The notes: generated by a model not told the origin, from the sequence alone. Numbered from the stretch's first letter, positions 8,356 to 17,603 are shown. The stretch: DNA of 64,000 nt from Candidatus Latescibacterota bacterium (GCA_963662665.2 CAXXJS010000050.1:26259-90258); one strand, 5' to 3'. Made by a program: numbers and translations.

Positions 8356-9720
8356 ATGAATAGCCTGCACAAATTTGGATCGGGCCTGCTTCTTTGGGTT
8401 TTCCTTAGCGGTTGCGCCACGTACACCCACAACGCCGCCAATTTCAGGAGCAGCCTCGTCGACGGACACTACGAAACCGCGCTGCAAAGCCTGGGCAAGG
8501 CCAGGAAGGGTCCGGCGCGTCTGCTCTATCTTATGGAGAACGGTCTTATTGCGCATTACAGGGGCGAATACCGCGCGTCCAACCGTTTCTTCGAAGTTGC
8601 GGAGCGGCTCTCTGACCGGCTCTTTACACGTTCCCTGTCCCGCGAGGCGGTTTCGCTGGTTACCAACGATCAGGTACGCGCCTATCGCGGCGAGGAATTC
8701 GAACTCGCATTCATCAACTATTACAGAGCGCTCAACTACTGGTATCTGAACGAGCCGGAAGACGCCCTTGTGGAGTGCCGCAAGGCCAACCTGAAACTGG
8801 ACCGCTTTGCCGCCCGCGCCGATTACGACGCCACGTACAGGAACGATGCCTTCATTCACTATGTGACCGGCCTTATTTACGAAACCACCGGCGAACTCAA
8901 CGACGCCTACGTGTCCTATAGGAACGCATTGGATGCCTACGTTACGTATCAAGAGGCATTTGGCCTGGAAGCGCCCGCGTCCCTGAGGAGAGATCTGGCG
9001 CGCGTTGAGAAAGCCCTGGGTTATACCGAGGACCCGGACGATGGCGCCGCTGCTGCAGATTTGCGCACACCCGCCGGCGGCGAACTGGTCCTCTTCTCGG
9101 AAATCGGTTTCGTGCCCCACAAAGTTCAGGAGGAAATCAGCCTGCCCATTTACGAAGGCGACCTCAAAGCAAGAAAAAAAGGCCGCGTGGAAGGCGTCTC
9201 ACGAAAAATCGCGCACCGCCACTTCAAACCCCACTATGCCGGCAAATCGAAAGTCAAATACTGGCTGCGCGTGGCCCTGCCGGCGTACGAGGACGTCGCT
9301 CCGCGTACCCGGACCATCAGGGTCAGCGCTGCCGGACGTCAGACCACAACTGCCCTGGCGGAAGACCTCTCCGCCATCGCCTGGCAGACATTTCAGGACA
9401 AACAACCCGTGATGCTTGCGCGTACGGTCGCGCGAGGTCTTGTCAAATACGCCGCTTCTGCCAAGGCGGAAGAGAAAAACAAGGTCCTCGGCTTTTTCGT
9501 CAATCTGCTCTCCGCCGCAACCGAGGCGGCCGATACCCGAAGCTGGGTCTCGCTGCCGCACAACGTGCAGATTGGCAGGCTCGTCCTGCCTGGCGGCACT
9601 CACACCCTCACGCTGGAATCGCTCGACAGTCGGGGGCGCGTCATAGAAGCCGCAACCATTACGGATATACGTATCCGACCGGGAACCCGCACTTTCGTGA
9701 ACTACCGAACGTATAAATAG
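8356..9720 (+). CDS. hypothetical lipoprotein (COG3014-like; this family is often linked to LpoB)
   Basis: ATG at 8356. Lipobox in LLLWVFLSGCATY. About 455 aa. The family name is from memory only. Confidence 0.7.
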   Translation: MNSLHKFGSGLLLWVFLSGCATYTHNAANFRSSLVDGHYETALQSLGKARKGPARLLYLMENGLIAHYRGEYRASNRFFEVAERLSDRLFTRSLSREAVSLVTNDQVRAYRGEEFELAFINYYRALNYWYLNEPEDALVECRKANLKLDRFAARADYDATYRNDAFIHYVTGLIYETTGELNDAYVSYRNALDAYVTYQEAFGLEAPASLRRDLARVEKALGYTEDPDDGAAAADLRTPAGGELVLFSEIGFVPHKVQEEISLPIYEGDLKARKKGRVEGVSRKIAHRHFKPHYAGKSKVKYWLRVALPAYEDVAPRTRTIRVSAAGRQTTTALAEDLSAIAWQTFQDKQPVMLARTVARGLVKYAASAKAEEKNKVLGFFVNLLSAATEAADTRSWVSLPHNVQIGRLVLPGGTHTLTLESLDSRGRVIEAATITDIRIRPGTRTFVNYRTYK

Positions 9721-9746
9721 TCACCGCAACCGAGAGGAGGAACACC

Positions 9747-10547
9747 ATGAAGCGGCAAATCTGGATCTGTTTGACCCTGGCCCTCGCGGGGTGGAGCCAG
9801 GGGGGATGGGCGGCTGACGTTCCCACACGGGGCGCCGTTATCAACATCGTCACCTGGGACGGCAAGAACCTGCCGCCCATATACGAACGCTCCGACCAGC
9901 TTCCGCTCACCCTGGAAGACGTCATCAATCTCAGCAGGAATGACTTTGGTGACGAAGCGATCAGCCGGATGGTTCGCGAGCGCCGGTTTGCGGGTAACGC
10001 GTCGGCCAACGCGCTGATCGAACTAAAAAAAGCAGGCGTTTCGAAGACGGTCCTTCAGGCGATCTCGCTCCATGCGCTGCCTCCGAACCGCGCGCTGAGC
10101 CTCGCAATTCAGCTCGAATTCGCCGGCCGGTCGCGAGAAGCCCGCAAACGGTATCTCTACGTAATCATACCCGACGGCCCCACCGAACGCATCTTCACCG
10201 CGGACCTGGGCGCAGTGCTGGCGGGGACCTGGCGGCGGGACGAGCGGGTGGACCTTACCGATCCCCTCCTGCCTAAACAGGTCCGGCGCATCACGTTTGC
10301 GGACCGGGTGCCGCTGAAGACGTCCGGGTCCAAAACGATGCAGGTCTTCACGTCGACCAGACCGGATATCTTCCAGTCGTCGGATATTCCCGAGGCCGAT
10401 CGTGCCGGCGTGCGCGAATTCGCCTTCGACTATCCCGCGAGTTCGCCCTTGCAGGACTGCCGGCTGCAGGTGCGCTATCGCCAGGACGTCCTGTTGCCCT
10501 ACAAGTGGCACATGTCGGGCGCTCATTTCCAATGCGAATGGAATTGA
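9747..10547 (+). CDS. secreted hypothetical protein
   Basis: GAGAGGAGG RBS. Signal peptide MKRQIWICLTLALAGWSQGGWA. No recognisable domain. Confidence 0.65.
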   Translation: MKRQIWICLTLALAGWSQGGWAADVPTRGAVINIVTWDGKNLPPIYERSDQLPLTLEDVINLSRNDFGDEAISRMVRERRFAGNASANALIELKKAGVSKTVLQAISLHALPPNRALSLAIQLEFAGRSREARKRYLYVIIPDGPTERIFTADLGAVLAGTWRRDERVDLTDPLLPKQVRRITFADRVPLKTSGSKTMQVFTSTRPDIFQSSDIPEADRAGVREFAFDYPASSPLQDCRLQVRYRQDVLLPYKWHMSGAHFQCEWN

Positions 10548-10626
10548 AATCGCAACCACCCGTGGGGATCAAAACGTGAAACGGCATTGCCGCCGCACCA
10601 TCCATCATACCGAAAGGAGATTCGCC

Positions 10627-11223
10627 ATGAAACCAGGAAACTGCATCGCCCTCGCCGTTGTTCTCGCGTTCGCCGTTGGCTGCGCGGGACCCAGAGTCTT
10701 CTCAAAGGGCGCGTACGAAGATCCAAACGCCATTGCACTGCTGGATGACCGATTCAGCGAAAACGATATGCAACTCATCGCGAAGAAAATGATCCAGTCC
10801 ATGTCCGGCAGCAACATTGTGGGGAGCAACGGCGCGCCGGTCGTCATGATCGGAAAAATGCGCAACCGTACCGCAGAACATATAGATATGACCATGCTAT
10901 CCAATAAGGTCCGCACACAGCTCATCCAGAGCGGTAGATTTCGCTTTGCCGACGTACAGAACCGCCGGGACATCGCCGAGGAGTACGAGTACCAGCAGTC
11001 CGGATACGTGGACCCGGAACAGGCCAGCGGTCCAGGCAGGCAGACGGGCGCGGAATATCTGCTCACCGGCACCCTCACGGCCAACGTTCAGCAGGTCGGA
11101 AAGGACAAGCTGATCTACTACAAGGCCACCTTCCAGCTAACCAATCTGCTCACGTCGGAAATCGCCTGGACCGACGAGAAGGAAATCCGTAAGGCCTACA
11201 AGAAACGACACGTTGGAATCTGA
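10627..11223 (+). CDS. lpoB: penicillin-binding protein activator LpoB-like lipoprotein (COG3417)
   Basis: AAAGGAGA RBS. Lipobox LAFAVGCAG. GKMRNRTAEHIDMTMLSNKVRTQLIQSGRF..AEYLLTGTL resembles the LpoB/FlgP-like core. Confidence 0.7.
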   Translation: MKPGNCIALAVVLAFAVGCAGPRVFSKGAYEDPNAIALLDDRFSENDMQLIAKKMIQSMSGSNIVGSNGAPVVMIGKMRNRTAEHIDMTMLSNKVRTQLIQSGRFRFADVQNRRDIAEEYEYQQSGYVDPEQASGPGRQTGAEYLLTGTLTANVQQVGKDKLIYYKATFQLTNLLTSEIAWTDEKEIRKAYKKRHVGI

Positions 11224-11274
11224 CCGATCGGCAGACGGCAATTCACCCAAGTCCAGTCTGAAAGGAAACCCGTC

Positions 11275-11829
11275 ATGAAAACCGCACGTTTCACTCTGAT
11301 TCTCACCTGCTGCCTCGGCTTGCTTTCACTGCCGGCGGGCGCCCGGGAATCCGGACGCACCGATGGACCGGAAGGCAGCGAACTGGGCCGTGGAGGCTAT
11401 CCTTTCGGCGGTCCGGAGGGACGATTCTACGTCGCCCCGTCATTCGGTTCGGGCATCTTCGAAAGAAACGCGGACGGCAGCCGAACCGGCCTGCTCTACA
11501 GCCTGAACCTGGGTTACGAGCGTGACGGCTGGCTGGCGATAGAGGGCGGTTATGCCTATCTTTCAGATAGAGAACTGTCCATCTACAGCGTGGGTTCCCG
11601 CTTCGACTACAATGCCGACCCCTTTGTGTATTTTCTGTCGGCTCAGGCGGGACTCTACAAGCCCGCGGACGGCGAGAGCAACTTCGGACTCGCCCCCGGC
11701 GCCGGCATCGACATCATTCTCAACGACCGTATCCGAATCGGTCTGAATTACAAGCGGGACTTTATCTTTACCGACGGCAACACAACGGATATCGATCGCC
11801 TATTCGCCGGGCTGAAGTTCTACTTTTGA
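11275..11829 (+). CDS. outer-membrane beta-barrel protein
   Basis: Signal peptide, alternating aromatic/glycine strands, and a C-terminal ...FAGLKFYF ending in Phe, which is an OMP sorting signature. Confidence 0.7.
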   Translation: MKTARFTLILTCCLGLLSLPAGARESGRTDGPEGSELGRGGYPFGGPEGRFYVAPSFGSGIFERNADGSRTGLLYSLNLGYERDGWLAIEGGYAYLSDRELSIYSVGSRFDYNADPFVYFLSAQAGLYKPADGESNFGLAPGAGIDIILNDRIRIGLNYKRDFIFTDGNTTDIDRLFAGLKFYF

Positions 11830-11870
11830 GCCGGAGCATCGGACGACGCGTACGCCGCCATGCCAAAGCA

Positions 11871-11905
11871 AACGGGCTGCCCGGCTTCTTCACCGGCAGC
11901 CCGTT
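11871..11905 (+). terminator. 11-bp perfect hairpin after the OMP gene (no U-tract)
   Basis: AACGGGCTGCC-13 nt-GGCAGCCCGTT. Confidence 0.35.
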
Positions 11906-12012
11906 ACGCATGGTGCGTTTGCATTGCCACGTGTCGGCCGATTGGTTACCTTTGAACGGCCGGGAGGATGGGGTGATGCGACGGCGGCGTTCGGCTATTG
12001 AGGCTCTTTTCC

Positions 12013-13245
12013 ATGGTCATTCGAGATCCGATCCACGGCGACATCCGGTTCAGCGAAGTGGAACGCCGGCTGATGGATACCCGCCAGTTCCAGCGGCTGC
12101 GGGGCATCCGCCAGACGGGCACCGCCCATCTCGTTTACCCGGGGTGTACGCATACCCGGTTCGAACACTCCCTGGGCACCGCCGCGATGGCGAGGCACAT
12201 TGCAGGCGTTCTCAGAGATTCCGGGTCCAGCGTAAGTACGGACCAGGAAACCGCGGTTGTCCTGGCGGCACTCGTCCACGACGTGTCTCATTTCCCGTTC
12301 GGCCATACGTTTGAAGACGAATGCAAGCTGTTTCCACGCCACGATTCGGCGGACCGGATGCGATACGCGCTCTCTCAGGACGAACTGGCGAGCGCACTAG
12401 ACGCATCCGGTCAGCGAGAGCAGGTGGTGGGGCTCCTGACCGACCGCGGCTTCGATCCGCCCTGGATGCGGCAGATCGTTACCAGCACCGTCGATGCCGA
12501 CCTGCTCGACTACCTCCGCCGCGACGCGTATTTCGCGGGCTTGAAGCACGATTACGACGACCGTATTCTGAGCACCTTCACCGTTGCCGACAACAAGCTC
12601 GCGATCAACCTCGAGAAACTCAGCACCCGGACGGAACTGCTGCATCTTCTCCGTCTGCGTTATTTCCTCACCGAACGCGTCTATTATCACCATGCAAAGG
12701 TCGCATCCGGCGCCATGATTGCCAAGGCGGTGGAACTGGCCGTGCAACTCGGTCTTCGGGAGGAAGACATTCGAAACCTTACCGACGGCGGGCTTCTTCG
12801 GTCTCTCATCGCGCGAAAGGACGAGCGCATCGAACGCCTGGTCCGCGGCGTGGTCTACCGCGATCTGCTGAAAAGGGCATACGTGTTGTCCACAGGAGAA
12901 ATCGGACGGCGCGCCCGGGATGAACTGATCGCATCGTACAACAGGTCCGTCGAATCGAGGCAGCGCGTCGAACGGGAAATCGCCGACGCCATCGTCGTGG
13001 AACCCGACCAGGTCATCCTGTATTGCCCCGATATTTCCTCCATCAAGGAGGCCAGGGTCTTCACGAAAACCGGAACCGGAGTCCGGCGCCTCAACGAACC
13101 GCTCGACAGTCCACCGTTCGACGTGAAGGCGGTGGAGGACCAGTACGAACGGCTCTGGAAACTCTACGTCTTTGTGCCAGACGGCTATCAGGAACGCGCC
13201 GGCAAGATCTGTGAGCGTCTGTTCGGAGAGAAAAACGCCGTTTAG
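12013..13245 (+). CDS. HD-domain phosphohydrolase (COG1078, SAMHD1/dNTPase-like)
   Basis: IRDPIHGDIRFSEVE..FQRLRGIRQTG..RFEHSLGT...HDVSHFPFGH are the typical HD...D motifs. ATG at 12013; the TTG at 11998 is less likely. Confidence 0.8.
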   Translation: MVIRDPIHGDIRFSEVERRLMDTRQFQRLRGIRQTGTAHLVYPGCTHTRFEHSLGTAAMARHIAGVLRDSGSSVSTDQETAVVLAALVHDVSHFPFGHTFEDECKLFPRHDSADRMRYALSQDELASALDASGQREQVVGLLTDRGFDPPWMRQIVTSTVDADLLDYLRRDAYFAGLKHDYDDRILSTFTVADNKLAINLEKLSTRTELLHLLRLRYFLTERVYYHHAKVASGAMIAKAVELAVQLGLREEDIRNLTDGGLLRSLIARKDERIERLVRGVVYRDLLKRAYVLSTGEIGRRARDELIASYNRSVESRQRVEREIADAIVVEPDQVILYCPDISSIKEARVFTKTGTGVRRLNEPLDSPPFDVKAVEDQYERLWKLYVFVPDGYQERAGKICERLFGEKNAV

Positions 13246-13267
13246 TGCGGGATTCCAACGTTTCGTA

Positions 13268-13909
13268 TCATTTGCGGTCCTGCCGCTGGCCGGGATGTCT
13301 CACCGCGTGAAATAGCGGCAGTTCGTCGGCCATCCTGACTTCTATGCGTTTGTGACACGACGGGCAGACTGAAATCAGATTGTCCAGCCGGTTTGCCGCC
13401 GCGGCGGAAGCGAACAGCCGGACCGGTGTCTTGTGATGCACGTCAAGCTGCCGCCCCAGCGTCTCTTCGGTTACCCCGCAATTCCTGCACCGGAAGCCGT
13501 CTCGTTCTCTCGCCAGCGCGGTCTGCACCTTCCAGTTCCCACCCCTGTATTCCGGGCGTCCAGTCAAAACCAGACGGTTCGGGTCATCCGGAAGTACCGA
13601 CGTCCATGCGTCGCGGCAGGCTTTGCCGCAAAAGCGAAGTCGCACCTCTCCACGGGCAAACCAGGTCGGGACGCCGAACGGTTTCCCACACTGCTCGCAG
13701 CGGACCGCGATCTTCTGCACATCATGCGCCCGCCGGGCATCCGGGAATCGCAATTGCAACTGATTGGAGAAAACCGGAGCGCCGCTTCCCATGTGTCCGT
13801 GCCCGAAGTTAACCCACAACACGCCAATCCATATACAAACAGCCGAGAATATGAATAACACATTGACTATAAGTGTGTTACGAAAATAAGTCAACCTCGA
13901 CCTTCGCAT
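13268..13909 (-). CDS. HNH endonuclease with N-terminal transmembrane segment
   Basis: CRNCGVTEETLGRQLDVHHKTPV...NLISVCPSCHKRIE is an HNH motif with Cys4 zinc ligands. Hydrophobic N-terminus LIVNVLFIFSAVCIWIGVLWV. Confidence 0.75.
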   Translation of the reverse strand: MRRSRLTYFRNTLIVNVLFIFSAVCIWIGVLWVNFGHGHMGSGAPVFSNQLQLRFPDARRAHDVQKIAVRCEQCGKPFGVPTWFARGEVRLRFCGKACRDAWTSVLPDDPNRLVLTGRPEYRGGNWKVQTALARERDGFRCRNCGVTEETLGRQLDVHHKTPVRLFASAAAANRLDNLISVCPSCHKRIEVRMADELPLFHAVRHPGQRQDRK

Positions 13910-13945
13910 CGTGGAAACGAGCGATCTGTAAAGCCGCGGTAACGC

Positions 13946-14587
13946 TCAATCGCTCAGCCGGAACCGGACGGGCATCGTCATTTTCACCGCGACTGAGCGG
14001 TCGTTCTGTACCGCCGGTTCGAATTCGAATTGTGAGACCGCCTCGATCGCCGCACCCCTGAATATCTCTGGTCCCCGCACCACCCGCACGTCTCTGACGC
14101 CTCCGTCGGCGCCAACCGTGAACATCACGAACACCACCCCCTCCAGCCCGGCGCGCTTCGCCATTTCAGGATAGATTGGCATTGGGCTCCGAACCAGCGA
14201 AGGCTGCCGCTCAACCCGCCAGAATTCCACGACTTCCTCCTCAACGGGCTCGGTCTTGTGGCGCACGGGCGGTGACAGGTCCAAGGGAGCATGATCCAGG
14301 TCCAGTTCCGTCGATTCGATTGTCACATCCTCTGGCACGTCGTCGCTATCCGCTTCAACAGGCACGGCGGGTCGTTCGGGCATCGGGCGACGCATCTGCC
14401 GGGTTTCGGGGATGTGCTCGAACGTCAGCACCTCGGTCCGCCGACTTCGCGCGGAGGTGTCCATCTCGAAGGAGGGAAACATCACCGCGAGGACCAGAAG
14501 AAGCAGGAAGGAAATGCCGACGCACCGCGTCATCACTTTCGGATACGCCAACTTCAGGTCCACGTCCGGATTCTTATTACGCAACAT
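13946..14587 (-). CDS. tonB: energy transducer TonB
   Basis: N-terminal TM anchor, a Pro/Glu-rich linker, and a C-terminal TonB domain (PIYPEMAKRAGLEGVVFVMFTVGADGGVRDVRVV..). Confidence 0.8.
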   Translation of the reverse strand: MLRNKNPDVDLKLAYPKVMTRCVGISFLLLLVLAVMFPSFEMDTSARSRRTEVLTFEHIPETRQMRRPMPERPAVPVEADSDDVPEDVTIESTELDLDHAPLDLSPPVRHKTEPVEEEVVEFWRVERQPSLVRSPMPIYPEMAKRAGLEGVVFVMFTVGADGGVRDVRVVRGPEIFRGAAIEAVSQFEFEPAVQNDRSVAVKMTMPVRFRLSD

Positions 14588-14657
14588 CGTCGGCCTCCTT
14601 TCCGGTCGTATGTGAACCCTTGCAGGTTAAGGTTCCGCTTGTCGGTTATTCCGCAGT

Positions 14658-14680
14658 ATCGCAAACTGCCAGTTTGCGAT
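14658..14680. promoter_or_regulatory. 23-bp perfect palindrome ATCGCAAACTG-C-CAGTTTGCGAT upstream of tonB
   Basis: Read directly. The 19-bp core CGCAAACTGCCAGTTTGCG recurs at 24241-24259. Confidence 0.6.
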
Positions 14681-14820
14681 ACGTTGAAAGTCACTACGCT
14701 CTGGAATCACGTTCGGTCCGGTTACCGCGTGCCTGGAGGATTAATTGATTAATAATTCAGATCAAAAAAACGGTCGATTGTCCTCTGCGCCCGAATCTCA
14801 ATCAGCGATGCCGGAAGGGT

Positions 14821-16968
14821 TCATTGGCGCCCTTTCGCCGCGAGCCGGTCTTCGTGGAACGGCCCCGTTTCAAACGTCCTGGCCACAACGTCCAGCTGAC
14901 GCAGATACGTTTCCTTCTTTCGATTCGGGCCGTAGACTCCGAAGTCCAGAAAATAGAGCCGATCCGTCTTTTCATCCACCAGCACGTAGCTTCTGAAGGG
15001 CCCGCCCTTCCACGCGACAGTGTTCTGCCACACGCCTTCCAGGTACACCGCCAGCCGGTCTCCCAACACCCGCTGACTCACCTTCAGGCCCGTCTGATCC
15101 ACGACGTCGTTTTCAAAGAACCGGGCGGCGATCTCGTTCCGCTTCCGGATGCACCACGCCTCTGTCAAACGATCCGGGCTGACGCCGTCCTCTCGATATA
15201 CAAACAGCCATTGTGTCACGCGCGCGTGGGTTCGCGTGAGTACCACAAACCCGCTATCGGCATCGGTATCGATGAAATTGAAGCCGAAGGGAATGCGCAC
15301 GCGCCAACCGAACCGGTCGGTCAGTTCCAATGCAAGCGTCTCTCTTTCGCCAAAACGGAAGAGAGACTCGGCGACTCTTTCGTCGCGCTTCCCGTCGATC
15401 GCGCCGTAAATCCGATCCGCCTCCGTCATAATATTGGCTGCCAGCGCATTGCGGTCCTCGCCCGTAACCAGAACCACCACCTGGTCGTCGGCCCACACGT
15501 CCCGCCGGATGACAACGGGCGTCGCTCCGTCCCGGATGGCCCTTCTGTGCACCGGTGTAACGAGGGAGCGTACCAGACCGCCTGCTTCACGGTCTCCATC
15601 CAGCGGCGCGGCGATCACGATATTCTTCCGTCGCAGCCTGTTGAAATCTCCGGCGTGAACGAACGAGATATGGTAGAGGCGCTCCTTCCTCGGCGTCAGG
15701 ATTTCCCTCTCCATAGCCTCCAGAAAGGGTTTCTGAAACGTGCGATAGTCCAGGGAATCCGCAACGACCGTGACCAGATCGATCCGTCCGGAACCGGGAG
15801 GCAGCCCATCCAGCCACAGCATGGAAAGCAGCCGGTCCTTGAACGTCGCCAGTTTTACGAAGGCTTCAGAACGGCCCGGAACCTCGAGCACGGGGCCCAC
15901 GCGTCCGCACTGAATCAACACCGCCAGAATCAGACCCGATGCCAGCAGCAGACCCGAGCGGGACAGGCGGCGTTCGGCGCCGCGCCTGGCGTCCAGCAAC
16001 CGTGAAATTCGGCGAACGATCTGCTTCCGGTCTCCGGCGGCGCCAATGCCCATTGCCGATCCGGCCGGTGACGTCATCATCTCCGTCAGGCGGGTGAGAC
16101 AACCCGCGTATCCCCTGGCGCTTCCGGAAATGCCCACCACCGCGTCGTCGCAGGCGACCTCCCGTTCCAGGTCCATCTGCCGGGCAATCCACCAAACGGC
16201 CGGATGGAAGAAAAGCACACAGCCCGCGAGCGCCTGGAAGAGTCTGGTCCAGTCGTCCAGCCGGTGCAGGTGCGACAGTTCGTGCAGGACCACCTGATCG
16301 AATTCGGCCCCGGTCAGCCGCTCCAGCATGGACTCCGGAATCAGTATCACGGGTTTGAACAGCCCCGTCGCCGCTGGCGTTCCCACTTGCCTGGAACTGC
16401 ATAGACGCACCCAGCGCCGCGTATCGCTTGATCGGATCAAATGGCGCAATCTGTCTTGATATCGGGCAGGAAGGGGCTTTGCACTCTGTTTGAGGCGACG
16501 GAGGAGTCGAAAACCCAGAAAGAGTCTGGCCGACAGCGCCAGCGCGACCAACATCCAGATTGCGAATACGACCGGCGGCCACCAAACCGGCAGTTCCGGT
16601 GTAAACGCCGGCTCCTCGCGTTGCCCGTCCCAGTGCCGATCAGCGCCCGGCGACGGTTCGAGGTCGGCCGCATCGCCCGGCGTCCGTGAAGCGGCCTTCT
16701 CCGGATCGTACTTCTCCCCGGCCTTTAGCCACATCCGCGCGGCGCCCGCATGACCCGGCGGGATTCCAACGTGGGACCACGACAACGCGAACACAATCAG
16801 CAGAGTGGCCGTCCAGATCACGTACCGGGTCCGTGCGTTCAGCCAACGCGCAAAGTTCAACAGGCACGCGACCGCAAGCGTAAGGACAAGGCCCTTCCAC
16901 AGTCCGCTGAGCGCGGAGGACACCACTACCCGGGAGAGGGCGTCGAAAATTTCATAGGCCGCCAACAT
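14821..16968 (-). CDS. M56-family (BlaR1-like) membrane metalloprotease/sensor with a large non-PBP C-terminal domain
   Basis: Multi-TM N-terminus and zinc motif VVLHELSHLHRLDDW. The C-terminal ~370 aa lack a transpeptidase/PBP sensor domain and resemble DUF4837 (from memory). Confidence 0.8.
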   Translation of the reverse strand: MLAAYEIFDALSRVVVSSALSGLWKGLVLTLAVACLLNFARWLNARTRYVIWTATLLIVFALSWSHVGIPPGHAGAARMWLKAGEKYDPEKAASRTPGDAADLEPSPGADRHWDGQREEPAFTPELPVWWPPVVFAIWMLVALALSARLFLGFRLLRRLKQSAKPLPARYQDRLRHLIRSSDTRRWVRLCSSRQVGTPAATGLFKPVILIPESMLERLTGAEFDQVVLHELSHLHRLDDWTRLFQALAGCVLFFHPAVWWIARQMDLEREVACDDAVVGISGSARGYAGCLTRLTEMMTSPAGSAMGIGAAGDRKQIVRRISRLLDARRGAERRLSRSGLLLASGLILAVLIQCGRVGPVLEVPGRSEAFVKLATFKDRLLSMLWLDGLPPGSGRIDLVTVVADSLDYRTFQKPFLEAMEREILTPRKERLYHISFVHAGDFNRLRRKNIVIAAPLDGDREAGGLVRSLVTPVHRRAIRDGATPVVIRRDVWADDQVVVLVTGEDRNALAANIMTEADRIYGAIDGKRDERVAESLFRFGERETLALELTDRFGWRVRIPFGFNFIDTDADSGFVVLTRTHARVTQWLFVYREDGVSPDRLTEAWCIRKRNEIAARFFENDVVDQTGLKVSQRVLGDRLAVYLEGVWQNTVAWKGGPFRSYVLVDEKTDRLYFLDFGVYGPNRKKETYLRQLDVVARTFETGPFHEDRLAAKGRQ

Positions 16969-16978
16969 AGGCCATCCT

Positions 16979-17356
16979 CTATCCGCTGTCGTCCACCATC
17001 TGTTTCATACGCTTGAGAACTTCGGGGTCCACTGCTTCATTCTCGAGAATGTTCAGCACCAGGGTTTCCGGCGAATTGTTGAAAAACCGGCTCATCATGT
17101 AGCGAACCACGCTTCTTCTGGCGTCTTCTCGGCCGACCACCGGATGGTAGACATAGGCCCTGCCCTCCTTTTCGTGGGACACGTAGCCTTTCCGTTCGAG
17201 AATCCTGAGCGTTGTCAGTACCGTGCTGTAAGCGAGCGGTTCCTTGCCGGGCAGCGCCGCGACCACGTCGCTCACTGTGGCCGCCTCCTTTTGCCAAAGT
17301 ACGTTCATCAACCTGAGTTCGGCTTCCGTTAGCGTGGGTGACTTCGGCCTTGCCAT
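16979..17356 (-). CDS. blaI: BlaI/MecI/CopY family transcriptional repressor
   Basis: LTEAELRLMNVLWQKEAATVSDVVAAL..YSTVLTTLRILERKGYVSHEKEGRAYVY is a winged-helix penicillinase-repressor fold. Confidence 0.9.
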   Translation of the reverse strand: MARPKSPTLTEAELRLMNVLWQKEAATVSDVVAALPGKEPLAYSTVLTTLRILERKGYVSHEKEGRAYVYHPVVGREDARRSVVRYMMSRFFNNSPETLVLNILENEAVDPEVLKRMKQMVDDSG

Positions 17357-17426
17357 TCAATCCACTCCTATCTTGATTACATTTGACCACCGGGTTACGT
17401 GCTGGGAGCATTAATTCCTTAATATA

Positions 17427-17455
17427 AAATATATGGAAATTCCATCCTTTGTCAA
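17427..17455 (-). promoter_or_regulatory. candidate blaI promoter with an inverted repeat in the spacer
   Basis: Minus strand reads TTGACA-17 nt-ATATTT. The spacer contains ATGGAA-A-TTCCAT (17433-17445), a possible operator. Confidence 0.4.
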
Positions 17456-17574
17456 TTATAAAATTAATATTTAGTCGCAGATTCATCCGGCGACGCCGTC
17501 CGGTTGGGCTTTTTCAACGGGCTGTTTACATCGAGAAAGCAAGATTGTGACATTCCCAAAGCGCCAAAATATAC

Positions 17575-17603
17575 TTGACATGCATTACCGGATTGGATAA
17601 ATT
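17575..17603 (+). promoter_or_regulatory. candidate promoter of the tetR-efflux operon
   Basis: TTGACA (17575-17580), a 16-17 nt spacer, then ATAAAT/TAAATT. Downstream direct repeats CAT(T/A)CGTTT x2 (about 17609-17632) may be the operator. Confidence 0.45.

Noticed and set aside
14658-14680. Interpreting the CGCAAACTGCCAGTTTGCG palindrome as a LacI/PurR-family operator or a LexA box.
   Set aside because: The GCAAAC half-sites resemble the PurR box, but the centre spacing (5 extra nt) does not fit the LacI-family 14-16-bp operators. It also does not match the LexA consensus variants I know. It is kept only as an unassigned palindrome.
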